Positions 48,915-58,238 of a DNA stretch of 64,000 nt are shown piece after piece. Numbering within the stretch: position 1 is the stretch's first letter; each line of letters starts with the position of its first letter. A model generated the notes under the pieces. It was given only the letters and a program-made list of their open reading frames with translations. It did no database searches and had not been told where the DNA came from. Made by a program: the position numbers and the translations under genes. Origin of the DNA: Candidatus Omnitrophota bacterium (GTDB lineage Bacteria; Omnitrophota; Gorgyraeia; JABMRN01; RBG-13-46-9); the NCBI GenBank assembly GCA_013203315.1, contig JABMQJ010000007.1, positions 1 to 64,000 of the forward strand, in the 5' to 3' direction.

Positions 48915-49826
48915 TTATTGATCCCCCTTTAACATTGTTCTTAATCCATGTTCAAAACCAATGGGCTTGAAACTCAATTCACCCTGGGCAGAGCCGATGT
49001 CCGCCAGTTTATCCTGGTCTATGCTTAAAATTTGCTGACTATGAGTTCGCAGAAAACGGTTAATTTTCCCTAAAACCAGGCACAGCCTTTTAACCGGGGC
49101 TATGGGTAAATGAACTATCATCCTTTTTTTACCCAATACCCTTAGGATAGTCTGTACAATCTCGTTCATGGTCAATGCAGAAGGTCCGGCTATGTCATAA
49201 ATCTTTCCGGTAGTTCCTTCAAGCTCTATACATTTTTTTATGGCATAGATTAAATCGCCTACATATACGGGTTGCCGCTTGTAATACCCGTCTCCGAATA
49301 TGGGCACTAAAGGTGAATGTCCTATAAACTTTATGAGAGAAGATATGTGTTTGTCGTCGGACTGGCCGTATACAACGGTTGACCTTAAGATCGTATAATT
49401 TAAAGAGCTTTCCTTTAGTTTTTTTTCGGCGGCCAATTTGGTACCGCCATACAAAGAATGCGGTACCAGTTCTGCATCAATTGAGCTTACATAAACAAAC
49501 TTTTCTATATTCGCGCCCAACGATACATCTATCATGTTTGACATGCCGCGAACATTTACGTCTTCGAATTCAGCCTTATTCTTAGAATTTATTACAGAGG
49601 CCAGGTGTATGCAAAAATTTGCATTGCCGATTGCATTTTCCAGTGAGTCTCTATCCTGCAGATCGCCCAGAACTGTGGTTATGTTCTTTGACTTCCACAA
49701 ATCCTTATGTCTGTCACGGCGAACAAGGCATCGAACGTGAGAGCCCTCTTTTGCGAGCTTGTCTACCAAATGCCTCCCGATAAAACCGCCGGCTCCGGTT
49801 ACAAAGTAGATATTATTTTTTTTCAT
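48915..49826 (-). CDS. NAD-dependent epimerase/dehydratase (extended/atypical SDR)
   Basis: [28 protein letters not shown]. Confidence 0.85.
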   Translation of the reverse strand: MKKNNIYFVTGAGGFIGRHLVDKLAKEGSHVRCLVRRDRHKDLWKSKNITTVLGDLQDRDSLENAIGNANFCIHLASVINSKNKAEFEDVNVRGMSNMIDVSLGANIEKFVYVSSIDAELVPHSLYGGTKLAAEKKLKESSLNYTILRSTVVYGQSDDKHISSLIKFIGHSPLVPIFGDGYYKRQPVYVGDLIYAIKKCIELEGTTGKIYDIAGPSALTMNEIVQTILRVLGKKRMIVHLPIAPVKRLCLVLGKINRFLRTHSQQILSIDQDKLADIGSAQGELSFKPIGFEHGLRTMLKGDQ

Positions 49827-51333
49827 GCCGCCTATGCTTATAAAGCATCTCCTGCAATACCCGGTCTACTTTCGTTTCCTGTTTTCCGGTAAATAGGTTA
49901 ACCAAAAGTCTTACGAACCTCCAGGGTCTAATAGCAAAGGAAATAGCATAAAACATAATCAATCCGCGTATCTTAAAGCCTAAAAGCTCACTTTTGCTCA
50001 AGCTGGAATTCCAGGAATCTGTTTTATTCAATGACAACGAAGAAAATAGCGCAAAATAAAATTCATTGGTTAATTCAAAACGTTTTGGATCTTTTTCCTT
50101 GAGCTCATCAAATACGGAAGTACCCGGAATCGGGATAAAAGTCGAGATGGCAATCTCGTGTACCCCTATAAGGGCCATCTTTCTTATTAGTTTAAATGTC
50201 TTTTTAATATCCTCGACGGTTTCGCCCGGGAAACCGATTAGAAAGAAAAGGCAGACGGTCATTTTGGAACTTATGGCGGCCTTTATCGAATTTTCTAATT
50301 GACGAAGGTCAATCGTTTTACCCATTTTATCTAATACATCTTTACTGCCGCTCTCCGGCGCAAATGTGATATCCCTGCAGCCGGATTTCACAAGCAGCTC
50401 GGTAACCTCCTTGTCGATAACAACGGTCCTAGTACCCACCGGCAGCTGCCAGCGTATTCCAAGATTACGGCGTAATATTTCGTTCGCAAAACGCACTATC
50501 CAGTCCTTGCGTATAATGGCTGTCAGATCCATAAGGTGAAAATCATTGGTTTTATATTTATTCATATAAAATTCGATTTCGTCGACAACTTTTTCAACGC
50601 TCCTCGGCACCCAGACGGAACCCCACATGTTCCGGGCCGTGCAAAAACGGCATCTATAGGGGCATCCGCGGGTTGCGATTATGGGCATCGTGCGCCCTTT
50701 GCTCGCACCCATAAAAAGTCCTCTTTCGATATACTTTTCCACATCTATCAAATCCCACGCAGGGGGCGGGATAGAATCTAAATTTCTTATGCGCGGACGC
50801 GGCTTATTTGCAATAGGTTTTTGCCCGTCCATATAAGCAATGCCGCTTATGTCATTTAAACGATCGCCTTTCTTTATTGAATCGGTTAATTCCTCAAATG
50901 TAATTTCGCCCTCGCCCAAAACACAGAAATCCACGGGGGAACTCGACAAAACTGCTTCCCACATACCGGTAGCATGTTCGCCTCCCATGACAAGGGGTAT
51001 GTCCGGAAAACGCTTCTTTATTGCTTTTACCAATTCGCGCACATACGGCCAAACGGGTGTAAACATGCAGGTAATACCGATTACGTCCGATTCCGCCGGA
51101 ATATTATTGACTATTTCATCTGTAGCTAATCCCTGCACGACGATATCTCTGTTAAGCGAGTGACCTGACCGTTTGTCCATGGCCTGCCCCACAGCATCTA
51201 TAACGTGCACATTATGGCCCTTCTCGCGCATATATGAAGCTATGTAACATAGTCCCAGCGGTGGATGGAAAATAGATGAGTAATTTAATTTTAACTCGAA
51301 ATGCGGGGGATTAATCAACGTTATGTTATTCAT
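49813..51333 (-). CDS. B12-binding radical SAM protein
   Basis: LINPP, PPLGLCYI, MGGEHAT, GEGE, ATRGCPYRCRFC, PESGS, GFPGET. Confidence 0.9.
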   Translation of the reverse strand: MNNITLINPPHFELKLNYSSIFHPPLGLCYIASYMREKGHNVHVIDAVGQAMDKRSGHSLNRDIVVQGLATDEIVNNIPAESDVIGITCMFTPVWPYVRELVKAIKKRFPDIPLVMGGEHATGMWEAVLSSSPVDFCVLGEGEITFEELTDSIKKGDRLNDISGIAYMDGQKPIANKPRPRIRNLDSIPPPAWDLIDVEKYIERGLFMGASKGRTMPIIATRGCPYRCRFCTARNMWGSVWVPRSVEKVVDEIEFYMNKYKTNDFHLMDLTAIIRKDWIVRFANEILRRNLGIRWQLPVGTRTVVIDKEVTELLVKSGCRDITFAPESGSKDVLDKMGKTIDLRQLENSIKAAISSKMTVCLFFLIGFPGETVEDIKKTFKLIRKMALIGVHEIAISTFIPIPGTSVFDELKEKDPKRFELTNEFYFALFSSLSLNKTDSWNSSLSKSELLGFKIRGLIMFYAISFAIRPWRFVRLLVNLFTGKQETKVDRVLQEMLYKHRRHEKK

Positions 51334-51373
51334 CGTCTCTTTCTTTGATAAAAAAATACAAGCCGCGCTTCTT

Positions 51374-52699
51374 TTAAAAAGGTAAAAATTTCCTCCATAG
51401 CTGTACCAGATGTTTAAATTGTTTTCTTATGTATGAAAATCTGAAATAATAGTTAAGAAAAGCCCATTCCTTAAGGTTCTTCAGGGTCTCTTTCGACATA
51501 TTTTTGTTGCGTACGACCGGGGTAAAAGAATTAAACTTCTCCCAATCGGGCTCTGTTATAAGTTTCTTGATCCGTCTATAAAATTCTGTTCCCGGAAAAG
51601 GCGTGAGAATGTGAAATTGCGCCAAAAAAGTATTTAATTTCTTTGCGTAACTAACGGTTTCTTTTATAGTCTGGACCGTATCGTCCGGAAGCCCCAGGAG
51701 ATAAAACGCTATTATTTTAATGCCTTTTTTTTCGCAGTATCTGATGATCCTTTCCTGGCGTTTTATGTCCACGGCTTTTCTGCTGGCTTTGTCCAGGAGA
51801 TCCTGCCTGGCCGACTCGATTCCGAGATTAATGGCTTTTAAGCCCGCCTTGTACATGCTATCAATCAAGCTTTCGTCAAGCAAATCGGTTCTCGTCTCGC
51901 AGGCCCATTCAAGATTAAATTTATTTTTGATCATGCCTTCAGCAATTTGCCTGGATCGCTCTTTATCCAACGTGAATAGCGGATCCCGGAATAAAAGGCC
52001 TTTTATTTTAAATCGATCTTTCAAATATTTTATTTCTTCAATTACGTTCTCCGGGCTTCTCGCCCTCCAGTTTTTCTGGTACGTGAGATATGGGCAATAA
52101 TTACAGGCAAATGCGCAACCCCTGCTTGATTGCATGGAAAGGAACGGCTTCTTTCTTATCGAAGGGGAATAATAGTAGTTACTAATATCAAAAAAATCCC
52201 ATTTCGGAAAAGGTAACTTATCCAGCTCCTGCAAAGAAGGGCTATCTACCACACCTTTTGGAATAAAGCCTTTTGAAATTTCCATCGCCGCATGTTCGGG
52301 TTCGCCTTTTATGATAAAATCCCCGAATTTAAGGTATTCATCGGTTAAGTACCCCGCAAATGGCCCTATGAAACCTATTTTAGCCTCCGGGTATTTCTTT
52401 TTTATTTCCGAGGCCCTGCGCAATTCTGACTTATAATCTACTATTGAAGAAGCCAGAATAAATAAATCCCCCTGTGGTATTTTATCGCCGTGCATAACTT
52501 CAATTTCATGCCCACCTTTCGAAAATATGCTTGCCATATACCCCAGGCTTAATATCGGAATGTTTCGTAAAACTTTTTTCTGCCGCATAATCCATCTGGC
52601 AAAAAAAGATTCTCCGACCTGGGTGTTAATTCCGTAACCCCCCATTTGGTCCTTATTTACAGCGCTATCCGAGGTTCGTTCAACTAATACTATTTTCAT
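51374..52699 (-). CDS. B12-binding-like radical SAM protein (compact N-terminal domain)
   Basis: GEPE, SSRGCAFACNYCPY, RDPLFT, GIESA, LGLPDDT, TPFPGT. Confidence 0.85.
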   Translation of the reverse strand: MKIVLVERTSDSAVNKDQMGGYGINTQVGESFFARWIMRQKKVLRNIPILSLGYMASIFSKGGHEIEVMHGDKIPQGDLFILASSIVDYKSELRRASEIKKKYPEAKIGFIGPFAGYLTDEYLKFGDFIIKGEPEHAAMEISKGFIPKGVVDSPSLQELDKLPFPKWDFFDISNYYYSPSIRKKPFLSMQSSRGCAFACNYCPYLTYQKNWRARSPENVIEEIKYLKDRFKIKGLLFRDPLFTLDKERSRQIAEGMIKNKFNLEWACETRTDLLDESLIDSMYKAGLKAINLGIESARQDLLDKASRKAVDIKRQERIIRYCEKKGIKIIAFYLLGLPDDTVQTIKETVSYAKKLNTFLAQFHILTPFPGTEFYRRIKKLITEPDWEKFNSFTPVVRNKNMSKETLKNLKEWAFLNYYFRFSYIRKQFKHLVQLWRKFLPF

Positions 52700-54104
52700 T
52701 GCATAAATAGGATTGAATCAATCCGTTAATTTCCGTTTTCCACATTGCATACAACGGAAACAGTAGTATAAGAAGCGGTATAAGCGGAGAAAAATGGGTT
52801 ATAACATTAAGATTTCGTATATGGTGTGTGGTTATGTTATGCAGCCATTGGGCAAGATTCGAATTTAGGCCTTTAAATGCAAATAGCCCAATGTTTATAA
52901 AGGAACTGTCCGCGTCACCGTATTGAACCCCGCACCAGTTAATAAGCATAGACAGTGCGGCTACCCAAAGTATTATTTTGTATTTAACTTTTCTATAGAC
53001 AAATACAAGCGGTATCATTAGAAAGGGTACAAAACACAAAAGATACCTTGGTCCGAAATCTCCTCCCCACGGCCATATCCAATTGGCGAACATGGCGATG
53101 ACGATAAAAACAGAAAGTGAGAATGCGGATATTAAAAGTATCTCGGCCATATATTTTTTTTCCGGTTTCTTAAAAAAAAGAGCTATTCCGTAGACTGAAA
53201 AAAGCAGCACCGGCATATACATAAACATACCGCGATAAGTGCCAAAAGTAAGCTCGAATATCATTCTCGGCCGCGGGAAAGATAGCGGTACGCGCCCTAC
53301 CATAGCGCTGTAAGTAGTAGCCATCGCGAACGGATTATCGAAACATCGGTAGTGATAATATGCATATATGGCGCCGATTGATAAAGCGCCCAGAATAAGA
53401 AAAACATAATTTAATATTTTATCCTTCCTGAAGCTCAAGATACCATATGCAAAGATAAGGAAAGATCCTATGGCCAGCATATAATCCGTAAGTACTGCTA
53501 GCCCAAGACATATCCCCGTTAAGAAAAATGAAAGGTTTCCTGATGGTGTACTCTTAGATCTAAATAGTAAATAAAAAGCGCTAAACAACGCAAAAGCCCC
53601 TAATGTTTGGGACAAAAATCTTGTTGAGCAATAAAATAAAATAGTTCCGAACGCGCATATGAAAACGGTAAGAATCCTTTCTTTCTCCTTCATATCAAAT
53701 TTTTGCAGCAAATCGTACAGCAAAACCGCGATTACCGCGCCCGGTAGAACTGAAAGAAAAAAAGCGAAAAAGAGGTTTAAAATACTAAATTCGAAATTCT
53801 GGTAGATTGCTTGCGGAATAGCGCTCAATAATGGTTTGAGAATAACATAAAGCGGTGCAGCCAGCAAACTTAAGCCGGGAGCAGCGCCTATGTAGTAGTG
53901 TCCTTTAAAGAATGCCTTATCGCGGGTATGATCAGAATACTTATCTATAACAAAAGTTCTGTCTTCAACAATAGATTTCGTCAATATTATATAACGATTG
54001 GTACCGGCAGTTACGTAGCCGGGAGCAATATAGAACAGGTAGACAAGCAATACCGTTAAGAAGATCTTAACTTTGGTATTCCGTAGTATCTGCATATTTT
54101 TCAT
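52680..54104 (-). CDS. Polytopic membrane protein, GT-C-like
   Basis: About 11 TM; D.A..GHYY...APGLS, FDNPF, RGMF.Y.P, WGGDFGPRYL. Confidence 0.6.
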   Translation of the reverse strand: MKNMQILRNTKVKIFLTVLLVYLFYIAPGYVTAGTNRYIILTKSIVEDRTFVIDKYSDHTRDKAFFKGHYYIGAAPGLSLLAAPLYVILKPLLSAIPQAIYQNFEFSILNLFFAFFLSVLPGAVIAVLLYDLLQKFDMKEKERILTVFICAFGTILFYCSTRFLSQTLGAFALFSAFYLLFRSKSTPSGNLSFFLTGICLGLAVLTDYMLAIGSFLIFAYGILSFRKDKILNYVFLILGALSIGAIYAYYHYRCFDNPFAMATTYSAMVGRVPLSFPRPRMIFELTFGTYRGMFMYMPVLLFSVYGIALFFKKPEKKYMAEILLISAFSLSVFIVIAMFANWIWPWGGDFGPRYLLCFVPFLMIPLVFVYRKVKYKIILWVAALSMLINWCGVQYGDADSSFINIGLFAFKGLNSNLAQWLHNITTHHIRNLNVITHFSPLIPLLILLFPLYAMWKTEINGLIQSYLCNENSIS

Positions 54105-54111
54105 TTATTGC

Positions 54112-55053
54112 TTACGGCTTATTCTTAAACCATTCGACGGCGCGCTTAAGGCCTTCGTCGAATTGGATGAAACTTGTTATTCCCAGCTTATCCTTAAGCT
54201 TGGTGACGTCGGCAAGAGTTTTTCTGACATCCCCAGCCCTACTGGGCCCGAGCTTAGGTTTAATGTCTTTACCGAGAATCTTGTTAACCTTTTCTACTAT
54301 GCTTAAAACAGTGTTCGCAGAGCCGCAAGCAATATTGAAAACTTGGCCCGATACACCACTTACGGTTGCGGCCTTTATGTTGGCCTCTACGACGTTATCA
54401 ACATACGTAAAATCCCTCTCCTGTAAACCGTCTCCGTGTATGGGTGGGGATTCGTTTTTTAGAATGCAGGTAATGAATTTGGGTATAACAACGGCGTATT
54501 GATTATCCAGGGATTGCCTCGGGCCAAATACGTTGAAATATCTTAAAGACACTGTTTCAAGGCCGAAACTATTTGAAAAGAGTTTGCAGTAATATTCGTC
54601 TATCAATTTTGTGGTCGCGTAAGGAGATATGGGATTTGTTGAATCTTCTTCCCTTTCCGGGAACGTATTCCTTTCTCCGTAAACCGAGCTTGAAGAAGCG
54701 AAAACGACTCTTTTTATCTTATGTTCTTTTGCTTTCATTAGAAGCTTCAGAGTCCCGTTTACGTTCACGTCATTGTATTCAAGCGGATATTCCATGGATT
54801 TCGGAACCGACCTTAAAGCCGCCTGGTGTAATACGAAATCGGTGCCTTTTAGAGCGCCGTCGAGATCTTTTTCGTTTCTTATATCACCTTTTATAAACGT
54901 GATTTTGTCTTTTACCAGCGACAAATTCTCCATTTTCCCCGCATAGAGGTTATCCAGGACGCGAACCCGGCAACCATTCCCAACAAGTTTTTCGACAATG
55001 TTAGAACCGATAAATCCGGCTCCGCCCGTAACTAAAAAAGTGGTTTTATTCAT
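54112..55053 (-). CDS. UDP-GlcNAc(A) 4-epimerase, WbpP/TviC-like SDR
   Basis: [54 protein letters not shown]. Confidence 0.85.
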   Translation of the reverse strand: MNKTTFLVTGGAGFIGSNIVEKLVGNGCRVRVLDNLYAGKMENLSLVKDKITFIKGDIRNEKDLDGALKGTDFVLHQAALRSVPKSMEYPLEYNDVNVNGTLKLLMKAKEHKIKRVVFASSSSVYGERNTFPEREEDSTNPISPYATTKLIDEYYCKLFSNSFGLETVSLRYFNVFGPRQSLDNQYAVVIPKFITCILKNESPPIHGDGLQERDFTYVDNVVEANIKAATVSGVSGQVFNIACGSANTVLSIVEKVNKILGKDIKPKLGPSRAGDVRKTLADVTKLKDKLGITSFIQFDEGLKRAVEWFKNKP

Positions 55054-56375
55054 AACGTAATTATCTTTCCTTTAAGTTTCCTGCTCTTCGTGTTTACGAT
55101 TTTTCGCAAGATGCCTCTCGTATCCAGTATTACCTTTGCGTTATCAATCAGGAACCTGTAGTCCAGAGAAGAGTGGGCAGCGGTTATCACAACGCAATCC
55201 TGGCTTCTTAAAAATGCCTTTGTGAACGGCGAGCGTTTAAGATTTATCCCGCTAATTTTCAAAAACGGAAAGAAAGAATCGTGGTATGATATTTTGGCAT
55301 TTTGCGCCTGGAGTATTTTAATTACATCTATGGCCGGAGATTCTCTCAAATCTTTCACATCCTTCTTATAGGCAACGCCCAAAACGAGAATTTTTGCTTT
55401 ATTAAGCGTCTTTTTTTGTTTCGCTAATATCCTTTCCAATTTATCTATCGTATATTGCGGCATTAGTTCGTTTACGGATGAGGCAAGATTGATGAACTTG
55501 GTTTCAAATCCGTGTTCCTTTGCCTTCCATGAGAGATATAACGGATCCACCGGTATGCAGTGTCCTCCGCAACCTGGGCCCGGGTAAAACGGCATGTAAC
55601 CGTATGGTTTACTTTTGGCGGAATCAATGATTTCCCATATGTCGAGGCCCAACTTGTCGCACAGTACCGTTATCTCGTTAACAAGGGCTATGTTTACTAT
55701 GCGAAAGGTGTTCTCTAAAAGCTTCACCATTTCCGCAGCACTCGCGGAAGTTACGGGGATAACCTCGTCTATTACCTGGTCATAAAGAACCTTGGCAACG
55801 GCTGTTGATTTTGCGGAAATACCGCCTATTATTTTCGGTGTATTTTCCGTTTTATAAACCTCGTTGCCCGGGTCTATCCTCTCCGGAGAAAACGCGAGGT
55901 AGAAATCCCTTCCCTCTTTGAGTCCCGTGGATTGCAGGACGGGTAAAAGTATTTCCCTTGTAGTGCCCGGATATGTGGTAGACTCCAGAACGACTATTTG
56001 CCCTTTACGTATGTTATCCCTCACCTTGGTAACAGCCTCTCTTATGTAGGAAATATCCGGTTCCCTGTTTTTGCCAAGCGGCGTCGGGACACAGATAATT
56101 ACGGCGTCCAGTTTCTTTATAAACGATGCATCCGTTGTTGCCTTAAAATTTCTACCGTTTAAAGTGCTCTTAAGCTCTGCGTTAGAGACGTCTGTAATGT
56201 AAGAGACGCGCTTTTTAAGCTGCTCTATCCTGTCTTTATCTATGTCTATCCCTATGACATTGAAACCTTTTTTGGCAAATGACAATGCAAGCGGAAGCCC
56301 GACATAGCCAAGGCCGATTACGCCTACTTTGGCTTTTTTACTCTTTATTCTTTTTTTTAAGTTTTTAATCGACAT
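55050..56375 (-). CDS. UDP-N-acetylglucosamine 6-dehydrogenase, WbpA-like
   Basis: GLGYVGLPL, CVPTPL, ESTTYPGTT, SPERIDPGN, KLLENTFR, GGHCIPVDP, DLRESP. Confidence 0.9.
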   Translation of the reverse strand: MSIKNLKKRIKSKKAKVGVIGLGYVGLPLALSFAKKGFNVIGIDIDKDRIEQLKKRVSYITDVSNAELKSTLNGRNFKATTDASFIKKLDAVIICVPTPLGKNREPDISYIREAVTKVRDNIRKGQIVVLESTTYPGTTREILLPVLQSTGLKEGRDFYLAFSPERIDPGNEVYKTENTPKIIGGISAKSTAVAKVLYDQVIDEVIPVTSASAAEMVKLLENTFRIVNIALVNEITVLCDKLGLDIWEIIDSAKSKPYGYMPFYPGPGCGGHCIPVDPLYLSWKAKEHGFETKFINLASSVNELMPQYTIDKLERILAKQKKTLNKAKILVLGVAYKKDVKDLRESPAIDVIKILQAQNAKISYHDSFFPFLKISGINLKRSPFTKAFLRSQDCVVITAAHSSLDYRFLIDNAKVILDTRGILRKIVNTKSRKLKGKIITL

Positions 56376-57268
56376 TTTTCCCTCCCGACATACTCCTTTA
56401 ACGTTTCTTTCCAGGAGCGCATTTTAAAATTTGTTACCTTTTCGAATTTACTATTGTCCAGTACCGAAAACGCGGGCCTTTTAGCGGGCCTGGCCAGATC
56501 CTTGCTTTTTATAGGCAACACCTTCACGTTCTCAAGTTTTGCTAATTTTACTATTTCCCTCGCGTAATCAAACCACGAAACCGCACCTTTATTGGAGACG
56601 TGGTATACTTCTTGGATCGTTTTAGATTCCCAGTTCAGCCTGTCCAGAAGCCTACCAATCGCTTCGGCAAAATCTTTCGTATATGTGGGGCACCCCGCCT
56701 GATCGTCTACAACCTTTAATTCGTTTCTTGTCTTTGCGTTATCTATTATCGTATCAACAAAGTTTTTCCCGTTTGCGCCGTAAAGCCAGCCTGTTCTAAG
56801 TATCACATATTTACGTAATGCCACGACTTTTTGCTCTGCAACAAGCTTGGTTTTGCCATAAACGCTTAAAGGATTAGGCGTATCCTCTTCTGTATAAGGG
56901 TTTTTCTTTTCTCCGTCGAACACGAAGTCTGTACTTATGTAAATAAGCGGAATATCTAATTTCGACGCGGCAAGCGCAATATTTTCGGTTCCGCCCTCGT
57001 TTATTTTTTTTGCTTTATCCGGATCTTTTTCACACCCGTCCACATCTGTCCAGGCAGCTGTATGGATTACAAGGTCCGGTTTTTCATCTACGATAGACTT
57101 TATGGTTTTATCTATATCGGTGATATCGCATTGAATGTCGGATTTTGAAATATCTAAACCCAAGACATCATAATTGCGCGATAGCACCTTCGAGAGGTCT
57201 ACACCGAGCATGCCGTGCGAGCCGGTTACCAGAATTTTTCTTGTCTTTTTTTTAGCCTTTTCCACCAT
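56357..57268 (-). CDS. rfbD: dTDP-4-dehydrorhamnose reductase
   Basis: TGSHGMLG, AAWTDVDGCE, ISTDFVFDG, YGKTK, VDDQ.GCPT, RPAFSVL. Confidence 0.95.
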   Translation of the reverse strand: MVEKAKKKTRKILVTGSHGMLGVDLSKVLSRNYDVLGLDISKSDIQCDITDIDKTIKSIVDEKPDLVIHTAAWTDVDGCEKDPDKAKKINEGGTENIALAASKLDIPLIYISTDFVFDGEKKNPYTEEDTPNPLSVYGKTKLVAEQKVVALRKYVILRTGWLYGANGKNFVDTIIDNAKTRNELKVVDDQAGCPTYTKDFAEAIGRLLDRLNWESKTIQEVYHVSNKGAVSWFDYAREIVKLAKLENVKVLPIKSKDLARPAKRPAFSVLDNSKFEKVTNFKMRSWKETLKEYVGREKCRLKT

Positions 57269-58224
57269 TTCACATTTTCTTTATACCAAAGAACGGTAGC
57301 TTCTAACGCGTCTTTGAATTTATGCTGAGGTTCCCAACCGAGTTCCTTTAGCTTCCTAAAAGTTAAAGCGTATCGTTTATCATGTCCGGGCCTGTCTTTA
57401 ACAAATTTTATGAGCTTTTCGTCTTTTCCCAATATTTTTAGCACCATCTTTGTAAGATCTATGTTTCTCATCTCGTTTTTGCTGCTGATATTGTATATTT
57501 CGCCGACTTTTCCGAAATTAAGTATAAAATCTATCGCGGAACAGTTGTCTTCCACATAGAGCCACTCTCTTACGTTGCTTCCGTCCGCATAAAGCGGAAC
57601 TTTTTTATTTTCAAGCGCGTTTGTAACGAAAAGCGGGATAACTTTTTCCGGATATTGGTATGGCCCAAAATTATTTGAGCTTCTTGTAATAATCGCGGGG
57701 AGATTATGCGTTACAAAATAAGAGCGTACAAGAAGGTCCGCGGCTGCCTTGCTTGCCGCGTAAGGGGAATTCGGGGCCAGCATCGAATCTTCGTTAAAAT
57801 GCCCTTTCACAATACTGCCGTATACTTCATCAGTGCTTATGTGAATAAAGCGGCGTATACCGTTTTCTTTTGCCGCATCAAGCAAAACCTGCGTCCCGCT
57901 GACATTGGTCCTTATAAATTCCCTTGAATCCCTAATAGAACGGTCAACGTGCGATTCGGCGGCAAAGTTTATAATTGCGTCGATACCTTTAGCTAACTCG
58001 GAAACGCACCTCCTGTCGCATATATCCCCTTTCACGAATTTATAACGCTCATCTTTTTCGATATCCTTAAGGTTCGCGAGATTACCCGAATATGTAAGCT
58101 TATCCAGGTTCACTATCTTTATTTTTTGTTTCTCGCCTTTTGTCTTCCGCAGCAAGTACCTGACAAAGTTCGAGCCTATGAACCCTGCTCCGCCTGTTAT
58201 TAGTATTTTTTTGAATTTTGGCAT
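57226..58224 (-). CDS. rfbB: dTDP-glucose 4,6-dehydratase
   Basis: [51 protein letters not shown]. Confidence 0.95.
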   Translation of the reverse strand: MPKFKKILITGGAGFIGSNFVRYLLRKTKGEKQKIKIVNLDKLTYSGNLANLKDIEKDERYKFVKGDICDRRCVSELAKGIDAIINFAAESHVDRSIRDSREFIRTNVSGTQVLLDAAKENGIRRFIHISTDEVYGSIVKGHFNEDSMLAPNSPYAASKAAADLLVRSYFVTHNLPAIITRSSNNFGPYQYPEKVIPLFVTNALENKKVPLYADGSNVREWLYVEDNCSAIDFILNFGKVGEIYNISSKNEMRNIDLTKMVLKILGKDEKLIKFVKDRPGHDKRYALTFRKLKELGWEPQHKFKDALEATVLWYKENVKWWKRLKKRQEKFW

Positions 58225-58238
58225 TCTACACCTTTAAT

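Noticed and set aside
28920-52699. Hopanoid, RiPP or secreted-antibiotic cluster interpretation of the radical SAM genes
   Set aside because: No squalene-hopene cyclase, precursor peptide, RRE, NRPS/PKS or exporter; the context is surface-glycan genes
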